Source: a virus. From it: a DNA stretch of 64,000 nucleotides. Under the pieces are notes generated by a model, which was not told the DNA's origin, ran no database searches, and saw nothing but the letters and a program-made list of their open reading frames with translations. A program made the translations under genes and the position numbers. Of this stretch, positions 45,664-56,400 are shown piece after piece. The first letter of the stretch is position 1; each line of letters begins with the position of its first letter. The stretch is from positions 51,789 through 115,788 of IMG/VR virus record IMGVR_UViG_3300045391_003842; one strand, written 5' to 3'.

Positions 45664-47333
45664 CGATGCAGATCCCTCAGTTTGTTGACGGCCAGTTCGT
45701 AAACGGTTCGCTTCTCAATGACGCGATGACGCTGATTGAGGATGATTTCGCGTTCCTGGGTTCTGGCTTGCATTCTCCAGGCCTGCTGAATCCGGGATCG
45801 TTGACCTTCACCGCGGCGTCTCCGTCTAACCTGTCTGTCACGATCAACGCGCCGTCGCCGTTCGCGGTGTTGTTCGGATCTGGCTCCCTGGTGGACGCGC
45901 ATGGCACCGTCAGTGGTGCGACGACGTTCACTTACGCCCTGGATTTCACGTCGCTGGTGCCATCGTCCGGCGCTCCTGTCACAGCGTATATACTGGCGTC
46001 ATATGGAACGATCGGGCAGGACTCGGTGCAGGTCATCGGGCCGCCAGAAGGTCATCCTGATTACGATCCGGATTTTGCGCCGTTCACCTTCTACACGGAT
46101 GCACAGGACACGATCGTCATTACGGCGAGCCTGACGCCGCCGAACAACAACACGACGTTTGCGCTGGCATCTCTGCCGCTGTCGGTTGGCCAGACGATCA
46201 TCACGCAGAACTCTATCGTCAGTGGTTCCGTGTGGAAATACGCGAGTTCTGTCCTTAATCCGACAGGCGTTGTGTCGGGTACCTATGTCGGCGCTACGGT
46301 GCAGGTAGCACCAGACGGCCGCATTATCGGCGTGTCAGGCGTGAGCTACGGACCGTTGGCGGCGAACAACGTGTGGACCGGTACAAACGCGTTCAACAAA
46401 GGCATCACGGCAACTGATCTGAACGGCGGAGGCGGTGTCACTATCACCGGAACATCCAACGGCGCCGTTCTGGGCCTGCTCGGGAATGGCGCTACCACGC
46501 CGAATAAATACATCCGTGCCGTGAATGGTAGCCTTCAGTTCATTAACAGCGCGTTCACCGCGGCGGTCATGACCATGACCGATACGGGCGGTCTGACTGC
46601 TGCCGGCAACATCACGTCTAGCGGGGGGAATGTCAGCGCTAGTAATGCGGTGTCGGCTGGTGCGGGTGGGTTCAGCACGACGGGCAATGCGCAAGCCAAT
46701 CTTGCGGTAACCGCCGGTACATCGATGACGGCCGGGGGTAATATTACCAGCACGACTGGCAGCATCACTGCCACAGCGGGCAATGTCAACGCGGGCGGTA
46801 CGCTGAATTCGACAGCCGGCATACTCGTTGCTGGTGTTTCTAACCCGATCCTGAATGAACATGGTGGGTTCCAGGTTCTGGGCGATGGGTCATCTCAGAT
46901 TTACGCCGTGAATAAGAATCCAATCGGTATCGGCATGGGTATCGTCGGTACCTTGATTGGTTTCTTTTTTGGCAATGGCCTCGTCGGTTCGATCACACAG
47001 AATGGCGGTTCTGTGCAGTTCAATCAGACATCTGACGAACGGGTCAAAACCATCCTCGGAAAAGGCGATGGCTCATGGGTAGCAAAGCTTCCCATTTGGC
47101 GCGGTCGTTACAACAAAGATCCGCGCCGTGCCGTGCAGCCCATGATCCTGGCGCATGAAATGCAAGCGCTTGCGCCGTGGACCGTGACCGGTAAGCGCGG
47201 TGAGGTTGACCCTGACACCGGCAAGGACATCATGATGCAGGTGGATTGGCTCTCCGCGATGCCGTCTATTGTCGATTATATCCAGCAGGTGGATCGGCGG
47301 CTTCAGGCTGTCGAAAAGAAGGATGGCACCTAA
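45660..47333 (+). CDS. tail fibre protein with C-terminal intramolecular chaperone (S74-like)
   Basis: G.IT...G.V beta repeats; TSDERVK...AHE.Q...P..V. Confidence 0.75.
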   Translation: MTMQIPQFVDGQFVNGSLLNDAMTLIEDDFAFLGSGLHSPGLLNPGSLTFTAASPSNLSVTINAPSPFAVLFGSGSLVDAHGTVSGATTFTYALDFTSLVPSSGAPVTAYILASYGTIGQDSVQVIGPPEGHPDYDPDFAPFTFYTDAQDTIVITASLTPPNNNTTFALASLPLSVGQTIITQNSIVSGSVWKYASSVLNPTGVVSGTYVGATVQVAPDGRIIGVSGVSYGPLAANNVWTGTNAFNKGITATDLNGGGGVTITGTSNGAVLGLLGNGATTPNKYIRAVNGSLQFINSAFTAAVMTMTDTGGLTAAGNITSSGGNVSASNAVSAGAGGFSTTGNAQANLAVTAGTSMTAGGNITSTTGSITATAGNVNAGGTLNSTAGILVAGVSNPILNEHGGFQVLGDGSSQIYAVNKNPIGIGMGIVGTLIGFFFGNGLVGSITQNGGSVQFNQTSDERVKTILGKGDGSWVAKLPIWRGRYNKDPRRAVQPMILAHEMQALAPWTVTGKRGEVDPDTGKDIMMQVDWLSAMPSIVDYIQQVDRRLQAVEKKDGT

Positions 47334-48430
47334 TGGGGTATCTCAATCTTGACGTCGCGCTGAAGGCGAGTCGTCTGGCGCTCCTGAACACCGCGCTTGG
47401 GAACGGTGCGGCCTTGGATTTTTACACGGGCGAACCGCCGGCCGGGCCGGATGCCCCACCACCAGGGACTCTACTGGCAACGCTCACCTGCGGTGCGCCG
47501 TTCGGATCCACATCATTCGGCCTGGATTCGCCTGAGATCGTGGACGGCGGGACCGGCTACACGTCGGTGCCGGCGTTCCAACTACGCGGCGCGACCGGCG
47601 GCACGGGTGCGAGCTTCAACGTGGTGATGGGCGTGGACGCGTCGGCCTATCGTCTCACGGGCGGGAACAACTACAGCCCTGGTGACCTGATCCGGGCTCC
47701 CGCGAGTGCGCCGTTCCAGGCGGTCTTCAGCGTGGCGACGATCGGGCCGGGCGGGGCGATCCTGACATCCACCTTGGTGGACCCAGGCCAGTTCACGGGA
47801 GATTTGCCGCTTGGGGCCTTGGCCAGCGAGACGAACGGCGCTGGCGTCAACGCCAGCCTGAACGTACCCGGGTACTCGGTTGCCGCCGTCCAGGCGCTGA
47901 CGCCGGGCACGGCGTACACGTCTGCCGGCGCGTCTGGTACGGCACTGTTTTCCGGTGGCGGCGGCTCAGGCGCGTCCGCGGCGCCGGCACTCACCGCGGT
48001 GCTCACGGCGAACGCGATAGCCACGGCCAACGCGGTGTCCGGCGGCGTGATCGGCATGGGCAAGCTGCGGAACGTCTCCGGGCTCGCGCTTGCGGTGTCC
48101 GGAGTGGGCTCGGGCGGCACGGATGGCACCTACGATCTGACGGCGACCGGCGGGGCTGGTGCTGGGTTGCAGGCGACGTTCACCGTCTACCAGGGCGCCG
48201 TGGCCGCGCTCCAAATCGAGAACATGGGCACCTACAGCGCTGCGCCGACACTCAGCACGGCCAACTGTCCGGGGCTCACGGGTGCAGCTATCGTGGCGGC
48301 GCTAGGCGCTGGAATCATAGACCTGGATGTTGGATTGGCAGGATCTGGTGCCAGCGTTATCATTAATTCGACAACTGTAGTGGCCGGTGGTCCGGTTGTG
48401 GTAACAAACGCGCAAATCGCAGAGGCGTGA
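47333..48430 (+). CDS. virion structural protein
   Basis: TAATG coupling; FYTG..P...D....GTLLATL; GGTGYTS.P repeats. Confidence 0.65.
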   Translation: MGYLNLDVALKASRLALLNTALGNGAALDFYTGEPPAGPDAPPPGTLLATLTCGAPFGSTSFGLDSPEIVDGGTGYTSVPAFQLRGATGGTGASFNVVMGVDASAYRLTGGNNYSPGDLIRAPASAPFQAVFSVATIGPGGAILTSTLVDPGQFTGDLPLGALASETNGAGVNASLNVPGYSVAAVQALTPGTAYTSAGASGTALFSGGGGSGASAAPALTAVLTANAIATANAVSGGVIGMGKLRNVSGLALAVSGVGSGGTDGTYDLTATGGAGAGLQATFTVYQGAVAALQIENMGTYSAAPTLSTANCPGLTGAAIVAALGAGIIDLDVGLAGSGASVIINSTTVVAGGPVVVTNAQIAEA

Positions 48431-48443
48431 AAGGAACCCTCTC

Positions 48444-49010
48444 ATGGAAATTCTGAACGTAAGTGAGTTGATCAACGCCGGCATGAGCGCGGGCAACGCA
48501 ACGGATGAGATCTGCGGCATTCACGGCCACTACGATCTGGTGTGCACCGACGAGAACGGCACCGTGCTTTGGGAAGAAAGCGCGGATAACGTTGTCGTCT
48601 ACACCGGCAAGAATCAGCTTCTGAACGGCGGCATCGTCAGCCTTGGTACGACTGACACATTTTTGGGACTCATCGGTTCCGGCACGGTCACCGCGGTGTC
48701 GGACACCATGTCCAGCCATCCGGGTTGGATCGAAGCCGGCGGTGCGCAGACTCCGGTGTACGGCACCAGCCGTCCGGCTCTGGCGCTGAGCGCCCCGGTC
48801 AGCGGCGTGACGAACAACACGGCCAGCGCCGCAACGTACATCTTCACCAACGCCGGCACGGTGCAGGGTGCCTTCGCCGCGATCGGCGCCAATGCCGGCA
48901 CGGTGGACAACACGACAGGCACGCTGATTTCAGCGGCAGCATTGGGCACGCCGCAGCCGGTTATCAGCGGCAACACTGTGACGATGACATACACGCTCAG
49001 CCTGACGTAA
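48444..49010 (+). CDS. virion structural protein
   Basis: W.E...N.VV..GKN.LL...; GD/NT.T.TY C-terminus typical of fibre-associated proteins. Confidence 0.65.
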   Translation: MEILNVSELINAGMSAGNATDEICGIHGHYDLVCTDENGTVLWEESADNVVVYTGKNQLLNGGIVSLGTTDTFLGLIGSGTVTAVSDTMSSHPGWIEAGGAQTPVYGTSRPALALSAPVSGVTNNTASAATYIFTNAGTVQGAFAAIGANAGTVDNTTGTLISAAALGTPQPVISGNTVTMTYTLSLT

Positions 49011-49037
49011 ACTCTCAGGCGCACCAGAGGGCGCGCC

Positions 49038-52000
49038 GTGACCACAACAACCATCTACATCGTCGGAGTCGGCGCGGGGATCATCACCGCGCCGTCTTCT
49101 GCGACGTGGAATATTGAGTGTTGGGGTGCTGGCGCCGGCCCGGACGACACAACCGGCAACGGCGGCGCTGGTGGCGACTATGCTACCGTAAGTGGTTTCG
49201 CCGCGGCCGGCGGCACCAACTATTCTTTTTCCATCGGCGCGCCCGGCCAAGGCGTTGCGAACGCGACGGCGCCCGGCGGTGACACGTGGCTTTCAGACAC
49301 GGGTGCTAAGCCAACATCCGTGTCGCAAGGCGCGCTGGCCAAGGGCGGCGGCAGTTCAAGCACGTCAATTGGATCTCACATCCACGCAGGTGGCGCGGGC
49401 GGTTTATACCCGCCGGGCTCGGGTGGCGCTGGTGGCGGTGCTGGTGGCCCTGGAGGCGCTGGCAGTGCTGGCGGCAACGGTTCTGATTCGGGCGGCCCAG
49501 GCGGTGGCGCATCGAACGGTAACGGCGTCGGCAACGCTGGGTCCGGTGGTGTGGGCGGTACCGGCGGCGGCGCCACAGGCGGCGTTGGTGGCAGTGCGTC
49601 CGGGACATCTGGCGCGAACGGCGGCCCTGGCTCGGGCGGTGGTGGCGCGGGTTCATCTTCAGGTGCCCTGGCCAACAAGGGCGGCGACGGCGGCGATGAC
49701 TATGACAACGGCGGCGGTGGTGGTGGCGGCGGCGGCATCGGCGCCAGCGGATCATCGCAGGGCGGTAATGGCGGCACGCCGGGCGGTGGCGCGGGTGAAA
49801 CCCTAGCCGCCTCGAGTCCAACATTCGCCCGCGGCGGTTACGGCCTCATAAAGATCACCTACACCGGGACAGATCCCAGCCAGATCATGGTGCTGGGTGG
49901 CATCTCGACAGTCCAGATTCCGACGTCCTGGAACTCCACTGCGATTGTGGAAGCCTGGGGCAACGGCGGCGACGGCGGCGCGGGTGCCACAACGGGTTCG
50001 GGTGGATCCGGTGGCGGCGGCGGCTACAGCAAGCTGAACGCCATGGCGATCACGCCGGGCGGTACCGTCAGCGGTATCAGCGTCGGCAACGCGTCAGGCC
50101 TCGATTCATCCATCACCACCATCCTGCGGGCCGGCGGCGGCCATACCGGTGGATCTGGGGCGGGAGGATCGGCCGGCGCAGGCGGTTCAGTCGGCACGGG
50201 TGACGTGTCGGTTGCCGGCGGTGCGGGCGCGGCCGGGTTCTCGGGTTCTGACGGTGGCGGCGGTGGTGGTGGCGCCGGATCTGCTGGGGGGACCGGCGGA
50301 GCCGGCACGAGTGGGTCTTCGTCCACAACCGGTGGCGCGGGCGGTTCGTCTCCAGGTGCCGGCGCTGGCGGTACCGGTACCGCGGCGGGCAATGGCCATT
50401 CTGGTCTGTCCAACACCAAGGGTGGCGGCGGCGGCGCTGGCGGCGGCATCGGCGCAACGGTCAACGGCGGCGCGGGCGGGTATCCCGGCGGTGGTGGCGG
50501 CGCTGGCGGCCATGGCTCCACATCGCGCACCGGAGGCGCCAGCGCTGCCGGCCTGATCATCTTCACCAACGGCAGCGCCGCGCCGACCGCTCTGGCGGTA
50601 GCCGAATCAACGACCACGTCAGACTCGGCTGCGTCCGCCATGCTGGCGGCAGGTGGCGTGTCGGATAGCGCGGCCACCGCCGACACGGTGCAGGCGGCAG
50701 CGAAATCCGCGGGTGCGGTCTCCGAGTCCACCGCGACCGGTAACTCCGTGGCCAGCACCATGCACGGCACAGCGTTTGTGTCGGACACGGTGCACGACAA
50801 CGAAGCCATCGCAGCCAGCATGTCTGGCGCTGCGGCCGTGGCGGAAAGCGTAAGCGCTGCGGACGCGATCCAGCTTGGCGTCGTCATCACCCTGGGGATC
50901 TCCGAGTCCGCCGCGACCAGTGATTCCGTGGCCAGCGCCATGCACGGCACAGCGGCCGTGTTGGAAACGGTACACGATAACGAAACCGTCGCCATCGGTG
51001 CTGACTTCAGTCTGTCGGTGTCGGATAGCACGGCGACATCGGACGCTGCTCAGGCGACGATGCGTGCGGTCGCAAATGTTTCGGAAACGACAGCATCTTC
51101 TGATCACGTAGTATCCAGCATAAACTATGCGCTGGCGCTGTCGGAATCGGTAGCCAGTTCGGACAGCATTGCCAGCGCCATGCAGGCGCTCGGCATCGTG
51201 ACGGAAAGCGTGCACACGCCGGACGTCGTCAATGCCGAAGGCAACGCCAGCCTGTCAGTGTCCGAATCAGCGGCGACGTCTGATGCGATCGGCTCGGCGA
51301 TGCATGCGGCCGGCGCGATTGCGGAATCGGCCACGGCGGCGGAATCGACGGCGATTATCAGCGTAGGCTTGCTCATCGGCGAATCGGCGGCGACATCCGA
51401 TTCCGCTCACTCGCTGATGCATGCGGCGCTGGCGCTTTCGGACAGCACGGCCACGACCGACCACCCGGCGGCCACGATGCAGGGCGTGGCCGGCGTCTCC
51501 GAGACGGTCACTACTGCGGATAGCGTGGCGATCAGCCTGGGTGCTCAGGCCATTGCGGAGACCGTGAACCCGGCTGACTTGGTAGCGGTCACGGTCCAAA
51601 CTGCCATTGCGGAGTCGGCCGCGACATCGGACCACGTCGCCCTGACAGCGGTGCCGGGCGTCAGCGAATCTGTAGCTACGACAGACAACATTGCGTACAC
51701 CATAAGTATAGCACTGTCCGTATCGGAAAGTGTCTCCGTATCTGAAGAAATTCACAGTGTACAATCTGGTGAGTTCTTTGAAGACGTAAAGGAAAGCCTA
51801 GCTACCGCTGATTCTATATCGGCGTTGCTATCTGTCGTGCACCTCTCGATATCGGAGAGCGTGGCCGCCTCGGATGCGGTGCAGGGGCATGGCTCGGCGA
51901 CCTGGACGATCCAAGAAAGCACCGCGGCGACCGACGTTCTGGGCAGCGGCATGACCGCATCGGCCGCGGTGTCGGAAAGCACCACACCCCATGCCGACGC

Positions 52001-52889
52001 TGCCGTATCCACCACCTACGAGTTGGGCGTGTCGGAGCACGTCCATCCCACGGATGAGGTGGGTGCCTCTCTGCTTGCGGTAGGCGTCATCAGCGAATCA
52101 GCGGTGACCGCAGATAGCTCGGCCGCTACGATGCACGGCACAGCGGCTGTCGCAGAAAGCACGGCCGCCCAGGATACCGTCAGCACGTCCACTAACTATG
52201 TGCTCGGTGTTGATGAAACTGCCAGCGTGTCCGACACGATCGCAGCCAAGGCGCGAGCGCCAGCGGCTATCACGGAGACCGCGAGCGCATCGGACGGTAT
52301 CGACAGCGCAGCGGCCATGTCGGCGCGCGTGGTTGAGACTGCCACAACGGATGATGAGGTAGACGCCGTCAGTTCTGGCGTATTTCATCTGAGCATTCAT
52401 GAAACTGTAACAACTAACGATTCTGTAGCTGCGCGCCTGCCTATTGTCATTGGCATCAATGAACTGGTTGTTACATCGGATATAACCGCTGCCGGGTTGA
52501 CGGTAGAAACGGGAATATCAGAAACTACCTCCGCTGGTGAAGTTGTCCTGCTTCAAGCCAGCATGCGGGTCCAGGTGGTTGAGGGTGCGACAGCCTCCGA
52601 TCACCTGGGCCTCACGGCGAACGCTTACCATATCAGCATCGAAGAAAGCGTCTCGGCGGTTGACGACGTCAACAGCATTCTGACGCTAATGGCTGGCATC
52701 AATGCCAGGATACCGCGGCCGGGTGCGCACGCAACAGCCTTCAGCACGTCCGGTGTCACGGCGTCCATTCTCTCTCGGGTACCGGTACCGCGAGCGACAA
52801 TCCAGGCCTTGACCGTGTCCTTCGGTGCGATTGACACGGTCGTCGTGCAACCCGATGTCCGAACCGTTGAAGTACCGAGGGATCGATGA
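49038..52889 (+). CDS. Gly-rich fibre-like protein with long (V/I)SES.ATSD repeat tract
   Basis: two glycine-rich domains (IECWGAG, VEAWG.GG) followed by dozens of ~21-aa SES repeats. Confidence 0.7.
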   Translation: MTTTTIYIVGVGAGIITAPSSATWNIECWGAGAGPDDTTGNGGAGGDYATVSGFAAAGGTNYSFSIGAPGQGVANATAPGGDTWLSDTGAKPTSVSQGALAKGGGSSSTSIGSHIHAGGAGGLYPPGSGGAGGGAGGPGGAGSAGGNGSDSGGPGGGASNGNGVGNAGSGGVGGTGGGATGGVGGSASGTSGANGGPGSGGGGAGSSSGALANKGGDGGDDYDNGGGGGGGGGIGASGSSQGGNGGTPGGGAGETLAASSPTFARGGYGLIKITYTGTDPSQIMVLGGISTVQIPTSWNSTAIVEAWGNGGDGGAGATTGSGGSGGGGGYSKLNAMAITPGGTVSGISVGNASGLDSSITTILRAGGGHTGGSGAGGSAGAGGSVGTGDVSVAGGAGAAGFSGSDGGGGGGGAGSAGGTGGAGTSGSSSTTGGAGGSSPGAGAGGTGTAAGNGHSGLSNTKGGGGGAGGGIGATVNGGAGGYPGGGGGAGGHGSTSRTGGASAAGLIIFTNGSAAPTALAVAESTTTSDSAASAMLAAGGVSDSAATADTVQAAAKSAGAVSESTATGNSVASTMHGTAFVSDTVHDNEAIAASMSGAAAVAESVSAADAIQLGVVITLGISESAATSDSVASAMHGTAAVLETVHDNETVAIGADFSLSVSDSTATSDAAQATMRAVANVSETTASSDHVVSSINYALALSESVASSDSIASAMQALGIVTESVHTPDVVNAEGNASLSVSESAATSDAIGSAMHAAGAIAESATAAESTAIISVGLLIGESAATSDSAHSLMHAALALSDSTATTDHPAATMQGVAGVSETVTTADSVAISLGAQAIAETVNPADLVAVTVQTAIAESAATSDHVALTAVPGVSESVATTDNIAYTISIALSVSESVSVSEEIHSVQSGEFFEDVKESLATADSISALLSVVHLSISESVAASDAVQGHGSATWTIQESTAATDVLGSGMTASAAVSESTTPHADAAVSTTYELGVSEHVHPTDEVGASLLAVGVISESAVTADSSAATMHGTAAVAESTAAQDTVSTSTNYVLGVDETASVSDTIAAKARAPAAITETASASDGIDSAAAMSARVVETATTDDEVDAVSSGVFHLSIHETVTTNDSVAARLPIVIGINELVVTSDITAAGLTVETGISETTSAGEVVLLQASMRVQVVEGATASDHLGLTANAYHISIEESVSAVDDVNSILTLMAGINARIPRPGAHATAFSTSGVTASILSRVPVPRATIQALTVSFGAIDTVVVQPDVRTVEVPRDR

Positions 52890-53005
52890 GCCTGCCGCGC
52901 CCTATCGCCGCCATCACCGCAAGGTTCGTGTGGTCTGTCACGCGTTGTGTTAGTGTCGCACCATACGTCAATGAGGTGGTCATACCTCCGCGGGGTAAAG
53001 ACTGA
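52886..53005 (+). CDS. 39-aa peptide
   Basis: ATGA and TGATG coupling on both sides; resembles the C-terminus of the upstream protein. Confidence 0.45.
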   Translation: MSLPRPIAAITARFVWSVTRCVSVAPYVNEVVIPPRGKD

Positions 53006-53319
53006 TGTCAGGCAGCTACGGGACCACCACGCTTCGGTTTGGCGACATGGCCGTTGGCGACGTCGGACCGTTCAAGTTCGACTGGAGTCAATGGCTGGCG
53101 CCGAATGACGCGCTCCTGACAACGACAGTCGTCACGTCGGCGTCGGGGGAGCTACCGGTCATTGGCGCGCCGGGCATAGCCGATGGGGCTGTCATCTTTT
53201 GGATGGGCGGCGGCTGCGCTAATACTGACTATTCTGTGTATTGCAGCGTCACAACTTTGGCGGGTCAGGCTGCAACCCGTCGCGCTTTTGTATTCGTCGC
53301 CCCGTCAGTTCCTGATTGA
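53005..53319 (+). CDS. small virion protein (fibre/tail adaptor-like)
   Basis: F.FDWS.WL...D.L...W..GG.....Y...C...T..G....R. Confidence 0.65.
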   Translation: MSGSYGTTTLRFGDMAVGDVGPFKFDWSQWLAPNDALLTTTVVTSASGELPVIGAPGIADGAVIFWMGGGCANTDYSVYCSVTTLAGQAATRRAFVFVAPSVPD

Positions 53320-53346
53320 CAGTAAGCAACCCGATTTATACTGTCA
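53316..53346 (+). promoter_or_regulatory. promoter with overlapping inverted repeat
   Basis: TTGACA-N17-TACTGT; TGACAGTA...TACTGTCA inverted repeat. Confidence 0.55.
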
Positions 53347-53393
53347 GCACATGCCTGTCCTGACCGGGCCGCAAGCCGGTATTCGACGGCATT

Positions 53394-53429
53394 GAGACCG
53401 CACCTGGAGGTGGCTCCAGGTGCGGTCTC
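53394..53429. terminator. hairpin terminator between convergent units
   Basis: GAGACCGCACCTGGAG-GTGG-CTCCAGGTGCGGTCTC, 16-bp perfect stem. Confidence 0.85.
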
Positions 53430-53435
53430 TTCATT

Positions 53436-56400
53436 TCAGGCTGCCTGCTTCTGGTTCATCAGTGCGCCGATGCCCAGGTCAAATACATCCGCCGGCACGT
53501 GCGGATCTCGGATGTCGGCTTCCTTGGTCAACGCGACTTCAGTTTGAATCGTCTCTGCCACCTTCCTGAAATAGCCGATGGCACCCACCGTACCGTTGCC
53601 GACGCCACAGAAGATGACCTTCTGAATGTCCAACATCAGGGCCAGACCGATGAAATTATCCGCGCTGCCACGGATATCGATCGGCTGGACGTGCGTCGCG
53701 TGCGGGAACGTCAGGTGGCAGTTGTGGCCATTCAACGTCACACAAAGCGGCAGGTGCCCGGCGTCCCATTGCGCCAGGGCGTCAACCATGGTGCCATTTA
53801 CCAGCAGCACGCGCTTGCGATCGATCGTCCAGGGCTTCGGCACGGCGTTCTGAGTGCCTTGCGTCAAATGCGGGTGGAACATGAGGTTCTTGTTCCATCC
53901 ACCATCCACGATCCTCTTGTGCCGTGCCATCAGCCGTTCTTCGGCCGCTATCATCGTCTCCCGCTTGTAGCCGATGAGGTGCTGCCGCTTGGTGACGCCT
54001 TCGTGGTGGAACACCAAGGCCTGCGCCGAGACGATATTGCGGTAGCCGGCGGCATGCAGGCGTAGGCAAAAATCGACGTCGTTGTAGTCGATCGGGAAGG
54101 CGTCAGCGTCCATGCCGTTGACGTTCTCGTACAGGGATCGGCGCACCACCAAACAGGCGCCGGTCACCGCTACCCATTCCTGCGTGATCAGGTTGCGCGC
54201 GGCCTGCCCGGTATCGTTCTGCCCCATCCGCTGGAACGCATGCAGGCACTTCCCGCCCGGCGGCGCGCTCCAGTCAATGATGATGCCGTTCTGCTGCACA
54301 TGGCCGCTCGGGTACAGCAGCTTGGCGCCGACCGCGCCGACGCCCGGTCGGTTGGCCAATGCAACCATGTCGCTCAGCCATGACGGCTCCAGCGGTTCGG
54401 TGTCGTCATTCAGCAGGCAGACGAACTGCGCTGTCGTGTCGCGCACCGCTTCGTTGTTGATCGCAGCGAAATTGAACGGACCGGGCCGGCGCTTGACCGT
54501 CACCTGCTTATGGGTCTGCACCGTGTTCAGGAACGTCAAGGTGTCCTTTTGCTTGCTGCCGTTGTCCACGATGACGATGTTGAAGTTGGGGTACATCGTC
54601 TTTTGCAGGACGGCGTTAAGGCAGCGCGCCAGCACGTCCTTGTTGTCCTTCGTCGGGATGATGATGGTGACCGATGGCGCATCCTGCTCATTCAGCCAAC
54701 GCACCATGGTGTAGGCCGGAAACACCGGGTTCGGCCCGACGATCGCACGCTGCCCGGTCTGCGCCAGATGATCGATGACAGCGCGCTGCCCGGCCGCCAA
54801 GGCGTACGGCTTGGAGTTGATGTTCATGCTCACGCTGTCGGGGCTCATGCGCCAGTGGTAGAGCACGTGCTGAATGTGCACGATCTTGCTTTTGTCCGGC
54901 GGGTTGCCGCAGGTGTGGGTGATGTAGCGGAGCGCCAGATCCCAATCCTGGGAGCCCTCGTACCCGGGTCGCAGGTTGTCCACCGCCCGGATACCCTCCA
55001 GGCGGTAGCACGCCATGTGCGTCACGTAGTTCTGCGCCAACAGCAGTTCATAGTTAAAGTCTGGCGAGAAGTAAGGGAAGTTGCGGTCCGGATGCTCCAC
55101 AGACTTGTTCGGATCCACTGGCTGGATCTTGTCCGAATCCGAATAGATGAACTGGGCATCCGGGTTCGTCAGGATGGTGTGAGCCAACATCCATAGCGCG
55201 TGCTTCGGCAGCCTGTCATCATGGTCCAGGAACACCACCCAGCCGTGCTCCGCCATGTCCAGCGCGTCGTTGCTGGCCACGCAGATATGGCCGTTCTCCG
55301 GGCGCTTCTTGTATTCGATACGGGGCTCCCGGCTCCAGAAACCTTCCGCGATCTTGCGCACCTCCGAATCGGTGGACGCGTCATCCACGATCAGCAGGCG
55401 CCAGTATGGATAATTCTGCGCCAGCACGCTTTCGATGGCTTCCATCAGGAACTCATGCGGCGTGTTGTACAACGGCATGACGATGTTGATCCGCGGCAGG
55501 TTGTCGCCGCCACCGCAGTTCGACTCCCATTCTGCTGTCATGGCGTCCATGGCGGCGAAATCGGCGGTGCCGGGCGTGTCGTTGATGCGAGACCAACTCA
55601 TGTAGCTGCTGTCGTGCTGCGGCTTCCGGTAGAAGTGCCGGTTGTGCGCCAGTTCCAGTTCTTCGCGCACCGGGCCTAGCGGGTTGGACCGAACGAAATT
55701 TTGCAGCGTTGGCGTCAACATCGGCATCCAGGCAGACACCTTGTTGACGAAATGCTCGGTCATCTCTTTCGGTCGGGTGACCCGTCGCTTGGTGTGCACG
55801 AAGGCGTTCGCCGTCAGGATGTGCTTGAGTCCTAGCTCGGCGCAGCGAGCCCCCCAGTCCATCATGGCACCCTCCAGGTCACCACCGAATGAGGTGATGT
55901 CCGGCAGGCCGAACCGAGACAGCGCCGCGTCGCTCATTAGCACCGCCGGGCCGGTCGGGAACGGCAGAATCACCGGCTTGGCGTCCAGCAGGATGGAGCA
56001 CTCATCCAGGTCGGCCGCGACAGAGTCGGTCATGTCCACGAACCGCTGCGGGTCCGGGTACTGGCTGTCATTGGTCAGAGCGGACACCGACGCAACATTC
56101 GGGTTCCCCAGGCTGCCGACGAACGTCATGAGTTGGCGCGACGTCAGCTTGGTGTTGTCGCGGATGTAGAGGACATGGTTGTGGGGATGGGCGATGCGCG
56201 CCGCTTCCACGGAACTGAACGTCTCGATATCCATGCCGCCGGTCCAGGACGTCGTGCACACGACACTGACGCCCTGGGTGTCCGCGGCGTTGAAGTTTTT
56301 CGCCGGCTCGAATCGCGTGGCGTTCCGCGGCAGCAGCTTCTGCACGCGATCGGCGATGTTCCGATCCATGCAGCGCGTCTCGCACACCCAGAGGTGCAGC

